Below are positions 25,688-36,074 of a stretch of 64,000 nucleotides of DNA, in pieces. How positions within the stretch are numbered: the first letter of the stretch is position 1; the number at the start of each line of letters is the position of its first letter. The position numbers were made by a program, and so were the translations under genes. The notes below the pieces were generated by a model. The model searched no databases. It had not been told where the DNA came from and saw only the letters and a program-made list of their open reading frames with translations. This DNA is from Methanomicrobia archaeon (GTDB lineage Archaea; Halobacteriota; Bog-38; Methanoflorentales; Methanoflorentaceae), in NCBI GenBank assembly GCA_015660915.1, contig JACTTZ010000003.1, positions 4,479 through 68,478 on the forward strand, read 5' to 3'.

Positions 25688-27358
25688 ATGTTTCTCACCT
25701 TTCGCGAGCACGTCAAAAAGCTGCTGACCGAGGCGCTAGGACAGTGCGAGTACCCAAGCAGCGACCTTGCCCTTACTGTTAAGCCCGGCTACGCCGATCT
25801 TACGAGCCTCATCGCGTTCAAGCTCGCGCCCGTCCTTAAGCTCGCGCCGCAAGAGATCGCGCGCAATGTGACGCAGCACCTCGGCTCTGATGAGCTCGTC
25901 GCGCGAGCCGAAGCTTCCGGACCCTACGTGAATTTCTTTGTAAGCGACGACTACCTGCGCCGCACGCTCAGCGCCGTCCTGGAAGAAGATCAGAATTATG
26001 GACGCGTCGACGCAGAGGGTGTGGTGATTCTCGAGCACACCTCCGCGAATCCGAACGGGCCCCTCCACATCGGCCACGTGCGAAACTCAGTCATTGGCGA
26101 CACGCTCGCACGCTGTCTACGCCAAGCAGGGTACCGCGTCGAGACCCAGTACTATGTCAACAACATGGGCCGACAGATCGCGCTCGTCGTTTGGGGCATT
26201 ATGAACTTCGAGCTCAACGGGCAGAGAAAATCGGATCACGCTACAGCCGATATCTACGTCAAGGCGAATGCTGACGTAGAAGTGCACCCCACAAAGCTCG
26301 GTGAGATCCGCCAACTCATGCAGCGCTTTGAGAGCGGCGATCGAGACGTTGCGTGTCTGTTCAAAGACGCGGTTGAGTTCTGTCTACGCGGAATTAACCA
26401 GACTCTTAAGAGCCTCCACGTTTCGCACGACCGCTACGTCTGGGAGAGCGAATTCCTCGACGATATTGACGGCATTATCGATGAACTCAAGAGCCACGGT
26501 GTAGCCGAGAGTGACGGGTCGACGCACGTCGATCTATCATCTTTTGGCATCGGCAAAGATCTCGTCGTGCGACGCTCGGACGGCACGTCGGTGTATGCGA
26601 CGCGCGACATAGCTTACCACGTCTGGAAGGCGGGCCGGTGTAACCGTATGATCGACGTGCTCGGCGCTGACCACAAACTCAACGCTCTCCAAGTGGGCAA
26701 GGTGCTTGAACTCCTCAGCATCAACGCTCCTGAAGTCGTGTTCTTTGAGTTCGTCTCATTGCCCGAGGGCTCAATGAGCACGCGTCGGGGACACTTCGTC
26801 AGCGCAGACGAGGTACTAGAGAAAGTGACCGAAAAGGCGTACGACGAGGTCGACAAGCGGCGTCCGACGTTGTCCGAGCAGGAGAAACGCGCGATCGCGC
26901 AAGCCGTTGGCATCGGCGCAACGCGCTATGACCTGCTCAAGGTATCGACCGACAAACCGATGGTGTTCGACTGGACTGAAGCCCTCGATTTCGAGCGACA
27001 AGGGGGGCCGTTTCTGCAGTACGCACACGCCCGTGCTAGCAATATCCTCAAAAAGACGACATTCGATTACCAATACGAGCCAGAGCTGCTTACTGACGAA
27101 TATGAGATCAAGCTCATCAAGCTGTGCGCACAGTTTCCCGCGGTAATCGAAGACGTCACCGTGAACTTGAGCGTGAGTGTGCTCGCGTCGTATGCGCGCG
27201 AGCTTGCCGAGGCGTTTAACCAATTCTATCGGTTCATGCCCGTGCTCTCCGCCGAACCTGAGATGCGCAGCGCTCGGCTGGCCCTGGTGACGTGCGCACG
27301 GGTCGTGTTGCGAAACGTGCTAAACTGTCTCGGGATTGAACCCGTCGATTCGATGTGA
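25688..27358 (+). CDS. argS: Arginine--tRNA ligase
   Basis: EHTSANPNGPLHIGH, RSDGT, MSTRRG, QYAHAR. Confidence 0.97.
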   Translation: MFLTFREHVKKLLTEALGQCEYPSSDLALTVKPGYADLTSLIAFKLAPVLKLAPQEIARNVTQHLGSDELVARAEASGPYVNFFVSDDYLRRTLSAVLEEDQNYGRVDAEGVVILEHTSANPNGPLHIGHVRNSVIGDTLARCLRQAGYRVETQYYVNNMGRQIALVVWGIMNFELNGQRKSDHATADIYVKANADVEVHPTKLGEIRQLMQRFESGDRDVACLFKDAVEFCLRGINQTLKSLHVSHDRYVWESEFLDDIDGIIDELKSHGVAESDGSTHVDLSSFGIGKDLVVRRSDGTSVYATRDIAYHVWKAGRCNRMIDVLGADHKLNALQVGKVLELLSINAPEVVFFEFVSLPEGSMSTRRGHFVSADEVLEKVTEKAYDEVDKRRPTLSEQEKRAIAQAVGIGATRYDLLKVSTDKPMVFDWTEALDFERQGGPFLQYAHARASNILKKTTFDYQYEPELLTDEYEIKLIKLCAQFPAVIEDVTVNLSVSVLASYARELAEAFNQFYRFMPVLSAEPEMRSARLALVTCARVVLRNVLNCLGIEPVDSM

Positions 27359-27379
27359 AGACAAAGCGAGGCCCTATTC

Positions 27380-28327
27380 ATGCGACGAAGTAAGGCCAAG
27401 GCGTCAGCTCCCCTCTCATACCGAGAGACTCTTGCAAAACAAGGTTATCACGCTATCGGCTGTGGCGGGGCAGTCAAGCCCTGCCTGTGGCTCAAAAAGT
27501 CCCTACGAGACGAGGGCGTGTGCTACAAGGAGCAGTTTTACGGCATTCACGCTCACCGCTGTATACAAATGACGCCGACGCTGCAGTGCAATCAGCAGTG
27601 CCTCCACTGCTGGAGGGCCACCGATCTGGACAAAGCAGAGGAACTCGCGTTTGACGAGCCGCAGACTCTCGTCGATGGCTCGATTGCGGCGCAGAGAAGC
27701 CTTATCTCAGGCTACAAGGGCGCCGCGACGACCAACCTGCAAAAACTTCAAGAGGCTTACGATCCAAGCCAAGTGGCCATATCGCTCAGCGGGGAACCCA
27801 CGCTCTACCCGCACCTCGGCGAGCTTATCAAACGCTACCATCGCGAACACATGACGACCTTCGTTGTTTCCAACGGGAGTCATCCCGAGGTGCTCGAGCA
27901 GATTCGTCCGACTCAACTCTACGTTTCACTAAACAGCCCAGATGAAGCGCACTTCTACGTGATGTGCAAGCCACGAACGCACCGGTTTGAGCAGCTGCTC
28001 GAGTCTTTGCGGGTGCTCGCCGATCATCCGTCCCGCACCGCTGTACGTATCACGCTCGCAAACGAGGTGAACACTTTCGGAGAGCCAGGCTATGCAAAGC
28101 TCATTGAGATGGCCGAACCCGATTACGTCGAAGTCAAATCTTATATGCACCTCGGCTTTTCGAGAAAGCGATTGTCGCGGGCCGCGATGCTGCCGTACGA
28201 AGGTGTTATGTCGTTTGCACAAGACTTTGCGGAAAGAACGGGGTATGCAGTCGCCGCGGGGTCCCCCATTAGTCGCGTTGTTGTACTATCTCAAAGTGGA
28301 TCGATTGAGAGAATTGATACGTCGTGA
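27380..28327 (+). CDS. taw1: 4-demethylwyosine synthase Taw1/TYW1 (radical SAM)
   Basis: CYKEQFYGI.AHRCIQMTP, CNQQCLHCWR, SLSGEPTLY, VEVKSYMHLG.S. Confidence 0.95.
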   Translation: MRRSKAKASAPLSYRETLAKQGYHAIGCGGAVKPCLWLKKSLRDEGVCYKEQFYGIHAHRCIQMTPTLQCNQQCLHCWRATDLDKAEELAFDEPQTLVDGSIAAQRSLISGYKGAATTNLQKLQEAYDPSQVAISLSGEPTLYPHLGELIKRYHREHMTTFVVSNGSHPEVLEQIRPTQLYVSLNSPDEAHFYVMCKPRTHRFEQLLESLRVLADHPSRTAVRITLANEVNTFGEPGYAKLIEMAEPDYVEVKSYMHLGFSRKRLSRAAMLPYEGVMSFAQDFAERTGYAVAAGSPISRVVVLSQSGSIERIDTS

Positions 28328-28375
28328 CTTTTCATGCAGAGCATGAACTGCTCTAAGCAGAGAAGCAAGTGATGA

Positions 28376-29080
28376 ATGCTGATGCGAACAAAATCTGATA
28401 TCGAGAAGCTCAAAGGAGAGAAAAGCCTCTACGGGCTAATTAACGCACTCAAGGACGCTGATCCGGACGTTCGGTTGCGCGTCGCTGAAATACTCGGCGA
28501 GTTGAAAGACGAGGTCGCCGCCGGTGCCCTCATCGAAGCGCTAAGCGACGACCGCTGGTCTGTGAGACGCAATGCAGCATGGGCGTTGGGGGAGATCGGT
28601 TCGACACGCGCTATCCCATATCTCATCGGCGCCTTCAGCAAAACGTGGGAGGGGATCGACGCTTATTGCGCTGAAGCGCTTGTAAAAATCGGTCGCCCTG
28701 CGGTCACGCCGTTGCTTCGGGTGATAGAAAGCCCAGACCTAAACACGAGATATTGGTCGATTGAGGCGCTCGGCGAGATGGGTGATACGCGCGCCGTAGA
28801 GCCCCTTATTGCGCTCCTTGCTGATAAGGATGTCATCATACGATATGGCGCAGCAAAAGCGCTCGGTGCTATTGGTGACAGCAAAGCGTTTAACCCACTT
28901 GCACAGCTGCTTGACGATCCGAGCGAGATGGTCAAACGGCTCGCACAAAAGTCCTTGAGCAGAGTGCTCCCTCCGGAATCAGCGCGCAAAGCTGGTCTGC
29001 AATCAGGACGTGTGATAAAACTGATTGTTGTCGTTAAAACAGAAGACGGGACGCTTAAAGAAGTCGAAATTGATTTGTAA
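28376..29080 (+). CDS. HEAT/PBS-lyase repeat protein
   Basis: Repeated LI.AL.D..VR..AA.ALG.IG. Confidence 0.9.
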   Translation: MLMRTKSDIEKLKGEKSLYGLINALKDADPDVRLRVAEILGELKDEVAAGALIEALSDDRWSVRRNAAWALGEIGSTRAIPYLIGAFSKTWEGIDAYCAEALVKIGRPAVTPLLRVIESPDLNTRYWSIEALGEMGDTRAVEPLIALLADKDVIIRYGAAKALGAIGDSKAFNPLAQLLDDPSEMVKRLAQKSLSRVLPPESARKAGLQSGRVIKLIVVVKTEDGTLKEVEIDL

Positions 29081-29420
29081 TCAGCTCGCGGAACGCGAGA
29101 TATGGATTACGCGAGCATCGAGGGAGATCATTTGCCTCTTACAGCTAATCGTAGAAGGAGGCGTCATCTCGCCACGGCTGCGCAAACGAGTCCAGGAAGC
29201 TTGACCTTGCCGACCCCTGATGCGGCCTTCGTGCGCATTTTGCCTTGCTTGGCCTCAACAAGAGATGCATCGACGATCCTAGCGCCTCAGCGGCGGAGGT
29301 AAGCATTTATACCAGGATGACGTCGTATGCATTTGAATCAGCCGGGCGATCCTGATGAGCTCTGCGTCATTTCCTCGACGCAATCATCAAGTGACACAAT
29401 AGTGCAGAATTGGCGTTGTT

Positions 29421-30071
29421 ATGGCTCACGTGCCCCTTTTTATCGATCTACGAGACAGGCGTATCGTCATATTCGGCGGCGGCCACGTCGGAGAGAGAAA
29501 GGCCAAGATGTTTTGCGCCTACGGGCTAACGAAGGTTGTAAGCACAAGCTTTACCGCTGAATTATTGAAAATGGCAGACAGTGGCCTCATCGATGCGATT
29601 GTGGACGATTTAACAGACGTCAAGAAGTACCTTACAGGGGCGTTCATCGTCGTTCCGGCGACCAACAACCGCACGCTCAACGCTTTCATAGCCGACCAAG
29701 CGAAGGCGATGGACATTCTCGTCAACCAGGTGGATGGCATCGGCGAAGTAATCGTGCCGTCGGTCATCAACAAGGACGACATCCACATCGGGATTTCGAC
29801 GATGGGCAAAAGTCCCGCATCGGCCCTTTTTCTCAGACTGCGCATCGAGGAGCTCATCGAAAGCGTCGCTCTCATGGTCACGCTTCAAGACGAACTGCGC
29901 AACATTTTGAAAAAAGAGATTGACAGCCAGCTGGAGCGAAAGCGCATCCTTGAGGCAATCATCAACGACCAAGAGGTATGGGCTGAACTCGCGCGGAGCT
30001 ACGACGCGGGACTGCAATTGGCACTTAAGATTATAGAAAATGAACGAGTGACGCCTCAGGCAGCGACATAA
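29421..30071 (+). CDS. sirC: Precorrin-2 dehydrogenase/sirohydrochlorin ferrochelatase
   Basis: PLFIDL, GGGHVGERK, IST.GKSP; heads hem cluster. Confidence 0.9.
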   Translation: MAHVPLFIDLRDRRIVIFGGGHVGERKAKMFCAYGLTKVVSTSFTAELLKMADSGLIDAIVDDLTDVKKYLTGAFIVVPATNNRTLNAFIADQAKAMDILVNQVDGIGEVIVPSVINKDDIHIGISTMGKSPASALFLRLRIEELIESVALMVTLQDELRNILKKEIDSQLERKRILEAIINDQEVWAELARSYDAGLQLALKIIENERVTPQAAT

Positions 30072-30082
30072 GGGGTTCGCAC

Positions 30083-31330
30083 GTGAATGGTATCAGCAAC
30101 CTTTCGATCTCGCACAAATGGGCAAGCCTAAACGACTTGGAGTGTGCTCGCATTGATAACGTAGAAGATGCTTTACGAGCAATGCACTCGGCCGGCGGCG
30201 TTAGCGAATGCGTAATCGTGCAGACGTGCAATCGGATTGAGCTCTACCTCAACGTGACCAGCGAATTCGACGCCACAGTATTTGTGGCGCGTTTTTTCCC
30301 ATCCGTACCCCCGGAGCTCATCGCCCACTACGAGTCGCGCGAATCACTTCGACACTTGATGCGACTTGCGTCAGGCCTCGATTCAATGATCGTAGGCGAG
30401 GACCAGATACTCGGCCAGCTCAAGGCGGCGGTCGAAACGGCGAGCAAAGAACGCACGTTAGGGCCCGAGCTGGGCTTAGCATTTTCCAAGGCAATCAAAG
30501 TCGGCAAGCGTGTGCGGACCGAGACGCAGATCAACCGCGGCTCAGTCTCCGTTGGCTCTGCAGCGGTCGATCTCGCAGAGCGGGTGATGGGCACCCTCGA
30601 GGACAAGGCGATTCTGAGCATCGGAGCAGGTGAGCTGGGAACGCTCGTGGCTGTCGCGCTCGCCGAACGAGAACTGAAGGCGATGTTTGTGTCGAACCGG
30701 ACCTTCCGGCGCGCGCAGACCCTGGCCAAGAGGCTTGGCGGCACCGCTATCCGATTTGACAAGATAGAGGAGTACCTATGCGAAGCTGATCTGGTGATAA
30801 GCGCCACCGCCGCGCCGCACTACATACTGACGCGTGAGCAGGTCAGCCAAGCGATGCAGCGGCGAAACGGCCAGTCATTGGTCATTATAGACATCGCCAA
30901 TCCGCGTGACGTTGAAGAGGCCGTAGCGACGCTCGACAACGTCGACCTTCATAACATCGATGACCTGCGAAAGATCACCGAACACAACCTCAAGAAGCGA
31001 CGTTCTGAGATCGGCAAAGTGGTCGCAATTATCAACCAAGAGCTCAACCTGCTCGAAGAGCAATACAAGAAAGACCGCGCTAACGAGCTTATTGCGAGCC
31101 TGTACAAGAACGCCGAGGAGCTCCGGGCACGCGAGCTCGAAAAAGCGCACAACCGCCTGCGAAGCGACGGGGACCTGAGCAAGCACGAGCAGATTTTAGA
31201 CGACCTTACCGCTTCGATCGTCAACAAACTGCTCTTCGAGCTCACCGCATCGCTCAGAGAAGCAGCGGCTAATGATGATGAAGACCTCATGCGCTCCGCG
31301 CACAAGCTGTTTAGACGAAAGGGTGATTAG
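30083..31330 (+). CDS. hemA: Glutamyl-tRNA reductase
   Basis: TCNRIE, GLDSMIVGEDQILGQ, GAGE, DIANPRD. Confidence 0.97.
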   Translation: MNGISNLSISHKWASLNDLECARIDNVEDALRAMHSAGGVSECVIVQTCNRIELYLNVTSEFDATVFVARFFPSVPPELIAHYESRESLRHLMRLASGLDSMIVGEDQILGQLKAAVETASKERTLGPELGLAFSKAIKVGKRVRTETQINRGSVSVGSAAVDLAERVMGTLEDKAILSIGAGELGTLVAVALAERELKAMFVSNRTFRRAQTLAKRLGGTAIRFDKIEEYLCEADLVISATAAPHYILTREQVSQAMQRRNGQSLVIIDIANPRDVEEAVATLDNVDLHNIDDLRKITEHNLKKRRSEIGKVVAIINQELNLLEEQYKKDRANELIASLYKNAEELRARELEKAHNRLRSDGDLSKHEQILDDLTASIVNKLLFELTASLREAAANDDEDLMRSAHKLFRRKGD

Positions 31331-32290
31331 TTGGCCAGTCGACCAGCGCGGCTTCGAAAGAAGGGCGTTAGCACGTTGGTACGAGAGACGTCACTGCTCC
31401 CTCGCGATCTGATATGCCCGCTATTCGTCGATGAAAACGCGCAAAAGCCTGTGCCAATCCCATCCCTGCCGGGGTTTTTTCGTCACACTGTCGAAACGGC
31501 TGTATCCGAGGTCGATGCGATCTGGGAACTCGGTATTCCTGCGGTCATAGTGTTCGGGGTACCACGCCACAAAAACGACACCGGGAGCTCTGCGCTCAGC
31601 GGCATCGTGCAAGACACTATCAGCGCAATAAAGTCAGACGTGCCGGAAGCCACGGTCATTGCCGACACATGCTTGTGCGAGTATACGAGCCACGGACACT
31701 GCGGCATCGTCAACGAAGCAGGTGCGATCCTTAACGGGCCGACCCTCGAAATGTTGCGTCGGATCGCAACGTCATATGCACGCGCCGGGGTCGATATCGT
31801 CGCGCCTTCCGGGATGATCGACGGGATGGTCGGCGCGATACGCACGCAACTCAACGAGGAGGGGTTTGATGGCGTCGCCATCATGCCGTACGCGGCGAAG
31901 TACTGCTCAAGCTTCTACGCACCATTTCGCGACGCCGTGGATTCAGGATGCGCGTTTGGAGATCGGTCGACACACCAGATGGATCCAGCGAACAGCGACG
32001 AAGCGGTTCGCGAAGTGCGTCTGGACCTAGAAGAGGGTGCCGACATTATCATGATCAAGCCCGCGCTGCCTTATCTCGATATCATCTATCGCATCAAAAA
32101 GACCTTCGGCGTTCCAGTCGCTGCATACAGCGTCAGCGGGGAGTACGCCATGCTACGCTCAGCGATTGATAACGGGCATTTGACGGATGATTCCATCTAT
32201 GAGACGTTGCTTTCGATAAAGCGTGCCGGAGCCGATATGATCGTTACCTATTTTGCTAAGGAGGCGGCAAAGAAACTGGCCTCAGAGTGA
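31331..32290 (+). CDS. hemB: Porphobilinogen synthase
   Basis: CLCEYTSHGHCG, FYAPFRDA, MIKP, VSGEY. Confidence 0.97.
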   Translation: MASRPARLRKKGVSTLVRETSLLPRDLICPLFVDENAQKPVPIPSLPGFFRHTVETAVSEVDAIWELGIPAVIVFGVPRHKNDTGSSALSGIVQDTISAIKSDVPEATVIADTCLCEYTSHGHCGIVNEAGAILNGPTLEMLRRIATSYARAGVDIVAPSGMIDGMVGAIRTQLNEEGFDGVAIMPYAAKYCSSFYAPFRDAVDSGCAFGDRSTHQMDPANSDEAVREVRLDLEEGADIIMIKPALPYLDIIYRIKKTFGVPVAAYSVSGEYAMLRSAIDNGHLTDDSIYETLLSIKRAGADMIVTYFAKEAAKKLASE

Positions 32291-33591
32291 ATGGAATGCC
32301 GATGCAAACAGACGAGTCTGAGAGATTATACAACAAAGCCCTGAAGCTTATGCCCGGTGGCGTTTCAAGCCCAGTGCGGGCGATCGACCCCTACCCGTTT
32401 TACGTCCAGAGGGCAAGCGATTCGCGAATATGGGATGTGGACGGCAACCTGTACATCGATTACTGCATGGGCTACGGCCCACTCATTCTCGGCCACGCTC
32501 GCCCTGCCGTGCAGACGGCGGTTGCCGAACAACTGAAACTGGGGTGGGACTATGGCACCCCCATTAAAGCGGAGATTGACCTCGCAGAGCGCATTCAAGA
32601 GGATTTCCCCTCAATGGAGATGCTTCGATTCGTATCGACGGGAACCGAGGCCACAATGAGCGCCCTTCGCGCCGCTCGCGGGTTTACTGGGAAAGATACG
32701 TTCGTAAAAATTGAAGGAAGTTACCACGGCGCCCATGACGCGGTGCTCGTCAAGCCTGGATCGGCGGCGATCTCCACCGCTAGCTCACTCGGGGTGCCTG
32801 CCGCCGCTGTAAAAAACACCGTTCAAGTCCCATTTAACGACATAGAAGCATTGTCATACGCCTTAGAAAAAGTCGATGCGGCGTGCCTCATGATAGAGCC
32901 CGTGATGGGAAACATAGGTCCCGTGCTGCCCGAGGAGACCTACCTAGCGGACGTAAGAAAAGTCACCGAAGAGAACGAGACGCTCTTGATATTTGACGAG
33001 GTGATTACCGGATTCCGATTGTGCATCGGAGGCGCACAGTGTCTTTTCGGCGTCACTCCTGACCTGACCACCTTAGGAAAAATTGTTGGTGGCGGATTTC
33101 CGATTGGGGTGTTCGGGGGCAAAAAAGAGATTATGGAATGCGTCGCCCCGTCCGGAGGCGTTTTTAACGCAGGGACTTTCAGCGGTCATCCCGTTTCACT
33201 CGTAGCAGGCCTAGCGACGCTCAACGTGCTTAACGAGGAGGGCTACCGACGCGTGAATGGCCTAGGCGACCTCCTCAGAAGGATGCTCGTTGACCTGCTC
33301 GCAGAACTGGATATTCGCTTCGTGGTGCAAGGGATAGGCACGATGTTCCAGGTCTTTTTCACCGACAAGCCGGTCAGAAACTATCAAGATGCGCTCGCCT
33401 GCGACGTTAACAGGTACAACAAACTTGCTGCCTTCATGCGCGAGGAGGGCATCTTCTTAGCCCCTTCGCAATACGAGACTAATTTCATCTCGCTTGCCCA
33501 CTCAAACGAAGACCTGGAGTACACCATTCGCGCGTACGCAAACGCGTTCGAACGGCTTTACAGCCTTGACGTCGACACCCCCGGCTATTAA
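32287..33591 (+). CDS. hemL: Glutamate-1-semialdehyde 2,1-aminomutase
   Basis: PGGVSSPVR, GTEAT, YHG, FDEVITGFR, GKIVGGG. Confidence 0.97.
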   Translation: MNGMPMQTDESERLYNKALKLMPGGVSSPVRAIDPYPFYVQRASDSRIWDVDGNLYIDYCMGYGPLILGHARPAVQTAVAEQLKLGWDYGTPIKAEIDLAERIQEDFPSMEMLRFVSTGTEATMSALRAARGFTGKDTFVKIEGSYHGAHDAVLVKPGSAAISTASSLGVPAAAVKNTVQVPFNDIEALSYALEKVDAACLMIEPVMGNIGPVLPEETYLADVRKVTEENETLLIFDEVITGFRLCIGGAQCLFGVTPDLTTLGKIVGGGFPIGVFGGKKEIMECVAPSGGVFNAGTFSGHPVSLVAGLATLNVLNEEGYRRVNGLGDLLRRMLVDLLAELDIRFVVQGIGTMFQVFFTDKPVRNYQDALACDVNRYNKLAAFMREEGIFLAPSQYETNFISLAHSNEDLEYTIRAYANAFERLYSLDVDTPGY

Positions 33592-33627
33592 TCCCCCCGA
33601 ATAACGACAGCGAACAACGGAAAGAGC

Positions 33628-34527
33628 GTGATCAACATATTGCGCATTGGCACCAGAGGCAGCAAACTCGCGTTGATTCAAGCTAGGACGGTCAGGAGCT
33701 TACTCGCAACGAACGGCGTTGAAAGTGAACTCGTGATCGTCAAAACGAGCGGCGACAGTTTTAGCGACAAGCCCTTCCGAGAGGCGGGCACCGGCGCTTT
33801 CGTGCGCGAGATCGATGACCGCATGCTCGCAGGCGACATCGATATCGCCGTGCACAGCATGAAAGACGTGCCTACAAAAAGGCCAGAGGAGATAAGTATT
33901 TGTGCTGTATTGCCCCGTGCAGTGCCGTATGACGTTTTGATCTTCGAGCGTCCGTTGCGTGATGGGGCCATAATAGGCACCTCGAGCTTGCGACGACAGG
34001 CGCAACTGGCGCGATACTACCCCCTCTACAATCGCAAACAAATTCGGGGCAACATCGACACGCGGATGAGAAAACTAAGGGCAAGCGAGTTCGACGCGGT
34101 GATTCTCGCCGAGGCAGGGCTCGAGCGTCTCGGCATCCGAATCAACAAGAAACGCCTCCCGTTCATTCCTTCGCCAAACCAAGGAATCATCGCCGTGATG
34201 GCGAATCGGGGAGTCGACGAGTTCGATGTTGTTGCTAAACTCAACGACAAGCGCACCTTCATTGAAGGCATGGTAGAGCGCATCATAATGGAGGCTTTAG
34301 GAGGTGGGTGCTTAGTCCCTCTCGGCATCTTTGCGCAAGTCGAAGGTGAATCGGTATCCGCCGTTGCCGAGGTGCTCTCGCTCGACGGCCAACGCGCGGT
34401 GCGTCTCACTGACCGCATGCCTGTCGACAGTTACGAGCGCACCTCACAAGCATTTGCCCAGCAAATAAAAGAACGTGGGGGTGACACGTTAATTGCCGAA
34501 GCTATAGCAATCGGTTTCGGCGCCTGA
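33628..34527 (+). CDS. hemC: Hydroxymethylbilane synthase
   Basis: GTRGSKLA, AVHSMKD, GTSSLRR, RGNIDTR, GGC. Confidence 0.97.
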   Translation: MINILRIGTRGSKLALIQARTVRSLLATNGVESELVIVKTSGDSFSDKPFREAGTGAFVREIDDRMLAGDIDIAVHSMKDVPTKRPEEISICAVLPRAVPYDVLIFERPLRDGAIIGTSSLRRQAQLARYYPLYNRKQIRGNIDTRMRKLRASEFDAVILAEAGLERLGIRINKKRLPFIPSPNQGIIAVMANRGVDEFDVVAKLNDKRTFIEGMVERIIMEALGGGCLVPLGIFAQVEGESVSAVAEVLSLDGQRAVRLTDRMPVDSYERTSQAFAQQIKERGGDTLIAEAIAIGFGA

Positions 34528-34534
34528 TTGACAC

Positions 34535-35311
34535 ATGAACCCGAAAGACAGGTCTGAAGGAAAAGTATTCTTGGTAGGGGCGGGGCCGGGTGACCCCGAC
34601 CTATTGACCCGAAAAGCCGAACGCGTTATAAAAGAAGCTGACGTGGTGCTCTACGACAAGCTCGTCGATGAGCGCGTTATAGCGCTTGTTCCCAAAAAGG
34701 CGACGCTCATAGACGTCGGCAAGGACCCGAACCGCCACAAGGTGCCGCAGCACAAGATCAATGATCTGCTTGTTAGATATGCGCGAACGGGCAAAAGGGT
34801 AGTGCGGCTCAAGGGCGGCGACCCCTTCGTATTCGGCCGCGGTGGCGAGGAGGCCGAGGAGTTGGTCGCCCACGGAATCGAGGTGGAGGTCGTCCCCGGC
34901 ATTTCTTCGGCCGTGGCGGTTCCTGCGTACGCCGGCATCCCGGTCACGCACCGCGACTACGCGTCCACCTTTACCGTCGTCACCGGCCACGAGGCAGCAG
35001 GCAACGAGCTGCCTTGGGACATTCTCGCTCAGCTTGACGGCACCCTTGTGATTCTGATGGGTGTAAGCACCCTCGCAGAAAACGTTGCCAATCTAATCGC
35101 TTTTGGAAAGCCCGCGCAAACGCCGGCGGCGATCATTGCACAGGGAACGACCCGCAGCCAAAAAATCGTCGTAGGTACCTTGGATGACATCGCGCTCAAG
35201 GCTGAAGCAGCTCACGTAGATGCTCCCGCGGTGCTAGTTATCGGCGACGTGGTAAAGCTCACACACATACTGAAACCGCAAGATGCAAACGCTGGCAATC
35301 ATTCGACCTGA
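34535..35311 (+). CDS. cobA: Uroporphyrinogen-III C-methyltransferase
   Basis: GAGPGDP, RLKGGDPFVFGRGGEE, GIPVTHR. Confidence 0.97.
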   Translation: MNPKDRSEGKVFLVGAGPGDPDLLTRKAERVIKEADVVLYDKLVDERVIALVPKKATLIDVGKDPNRHKVPQHKINDLLVRYARTGKRVVRLKGGDPFVFGRGGEEAEELVAHGIEVEVVPGISSAVAVPAYAGIPVTHRDYASTFTVVTGHEAAGNELPWDILAQLDGTLVILMGVSTLAENVANLIAFGKPAQTPAAIIAQGTTRSQKIVVGTLDDIALKAEAAHVDAPAVLVIGDVVKLTHILKPQDANAGNHST

Positions 35312-36056
35312 GGAACAGCTGAAGGATTCGAAAAAGATCGTGGAATCCTTCGGGTTCCGACCGCTCGCAGTCTCTATCATCGACATCGTACCGTTACGGG
35401 ACCCACTCTGGCCTGCTTTCTTGGACGAGCTCAAAGTAGGCAACATCGACTATGTGATACTGACGAGCGCCAACGGTGCAAGGAGTTGCGCGAAGCTTGG
35501 ACTGAACGCAGCAAGCATCCCGGCATCGACGTGCGTCGTGGCCATAGGACCAACAACCAGAACTGCACTGCTTAAAGAGCATCTCCGCGTTGATCTTATG
35601 CCGTCAGAGTACAGCTCACGCGGAATCGTTCAGATGCTCAACCACCTTACCCGAAAAAACGTTTGGGTCTTGCGGAGCGCTTTTGGGAGTTCCGAACTGA
35701 TCGAAGGGCTCCAGAATAACGGTGCTACTGTCAAAGAACTCGTGCTGTACACGCTCAAGAAGCGCTGCGGGCAGCCGCAGCGAGACTTTATAGCGAAAGT
35801 AACAGAGGGTGACGTGGCCGGCGTACTCTTTACGAGCGCCATGACAGTACACGCTTTCTTTGACTGTGCTGACCGAACGGGAACACGTAAGCGACTTACG
35901 GCACGACTGGCGAATCAACTCGTTGGCGCCATAGGAAAACCAACAGCCGAGGCGCTTTATGCAAACGAGGTTCAGGTCAATGCCGTGCCAGAAAAAGCAA
36001 CATTCCGTGAGCTCGTTTCGACGGTTCATTTGGCTTTGAACAATCGAGCATTATAG
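35283..36056 (+). CDS. hemD: Uroporphyrinogen-III synthase
   Basis: LTSANG, AIGPTT, FTS, AIGKPT; context. Confidence 0.9.
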   Translation: MQTLAIIRPEEQLKDSKKIVESFGFRPLAVSIIDIVPLRDPLWPAFLDELKVGNIDYVILTSANGARSCAKLGLNAASIPASTCVVAIGPTTRTALLKEHLRVDLMPSEYSSRGIVQMLNHLTRKNVWVLRSAFGSSELIEGLQNNGATVKELVLYTLKKRCGQPQRDFIAKVTEGDVAGVLFTSAMTVHAFFDCADRTGTRKRLTARLANQLVGAIGKPTAEALYANEVQVNAVPEKATFRELVSTVHLALNNRAL

Positions 36057-36074
36057 TGCATCCAAAGAGTCCCC

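Noticed and set aside
29102-29400. Short ORFs or an ncRNA between the HEAT gene and sirC
   Set aside because: No motif, RBS or convincing structure found by eye
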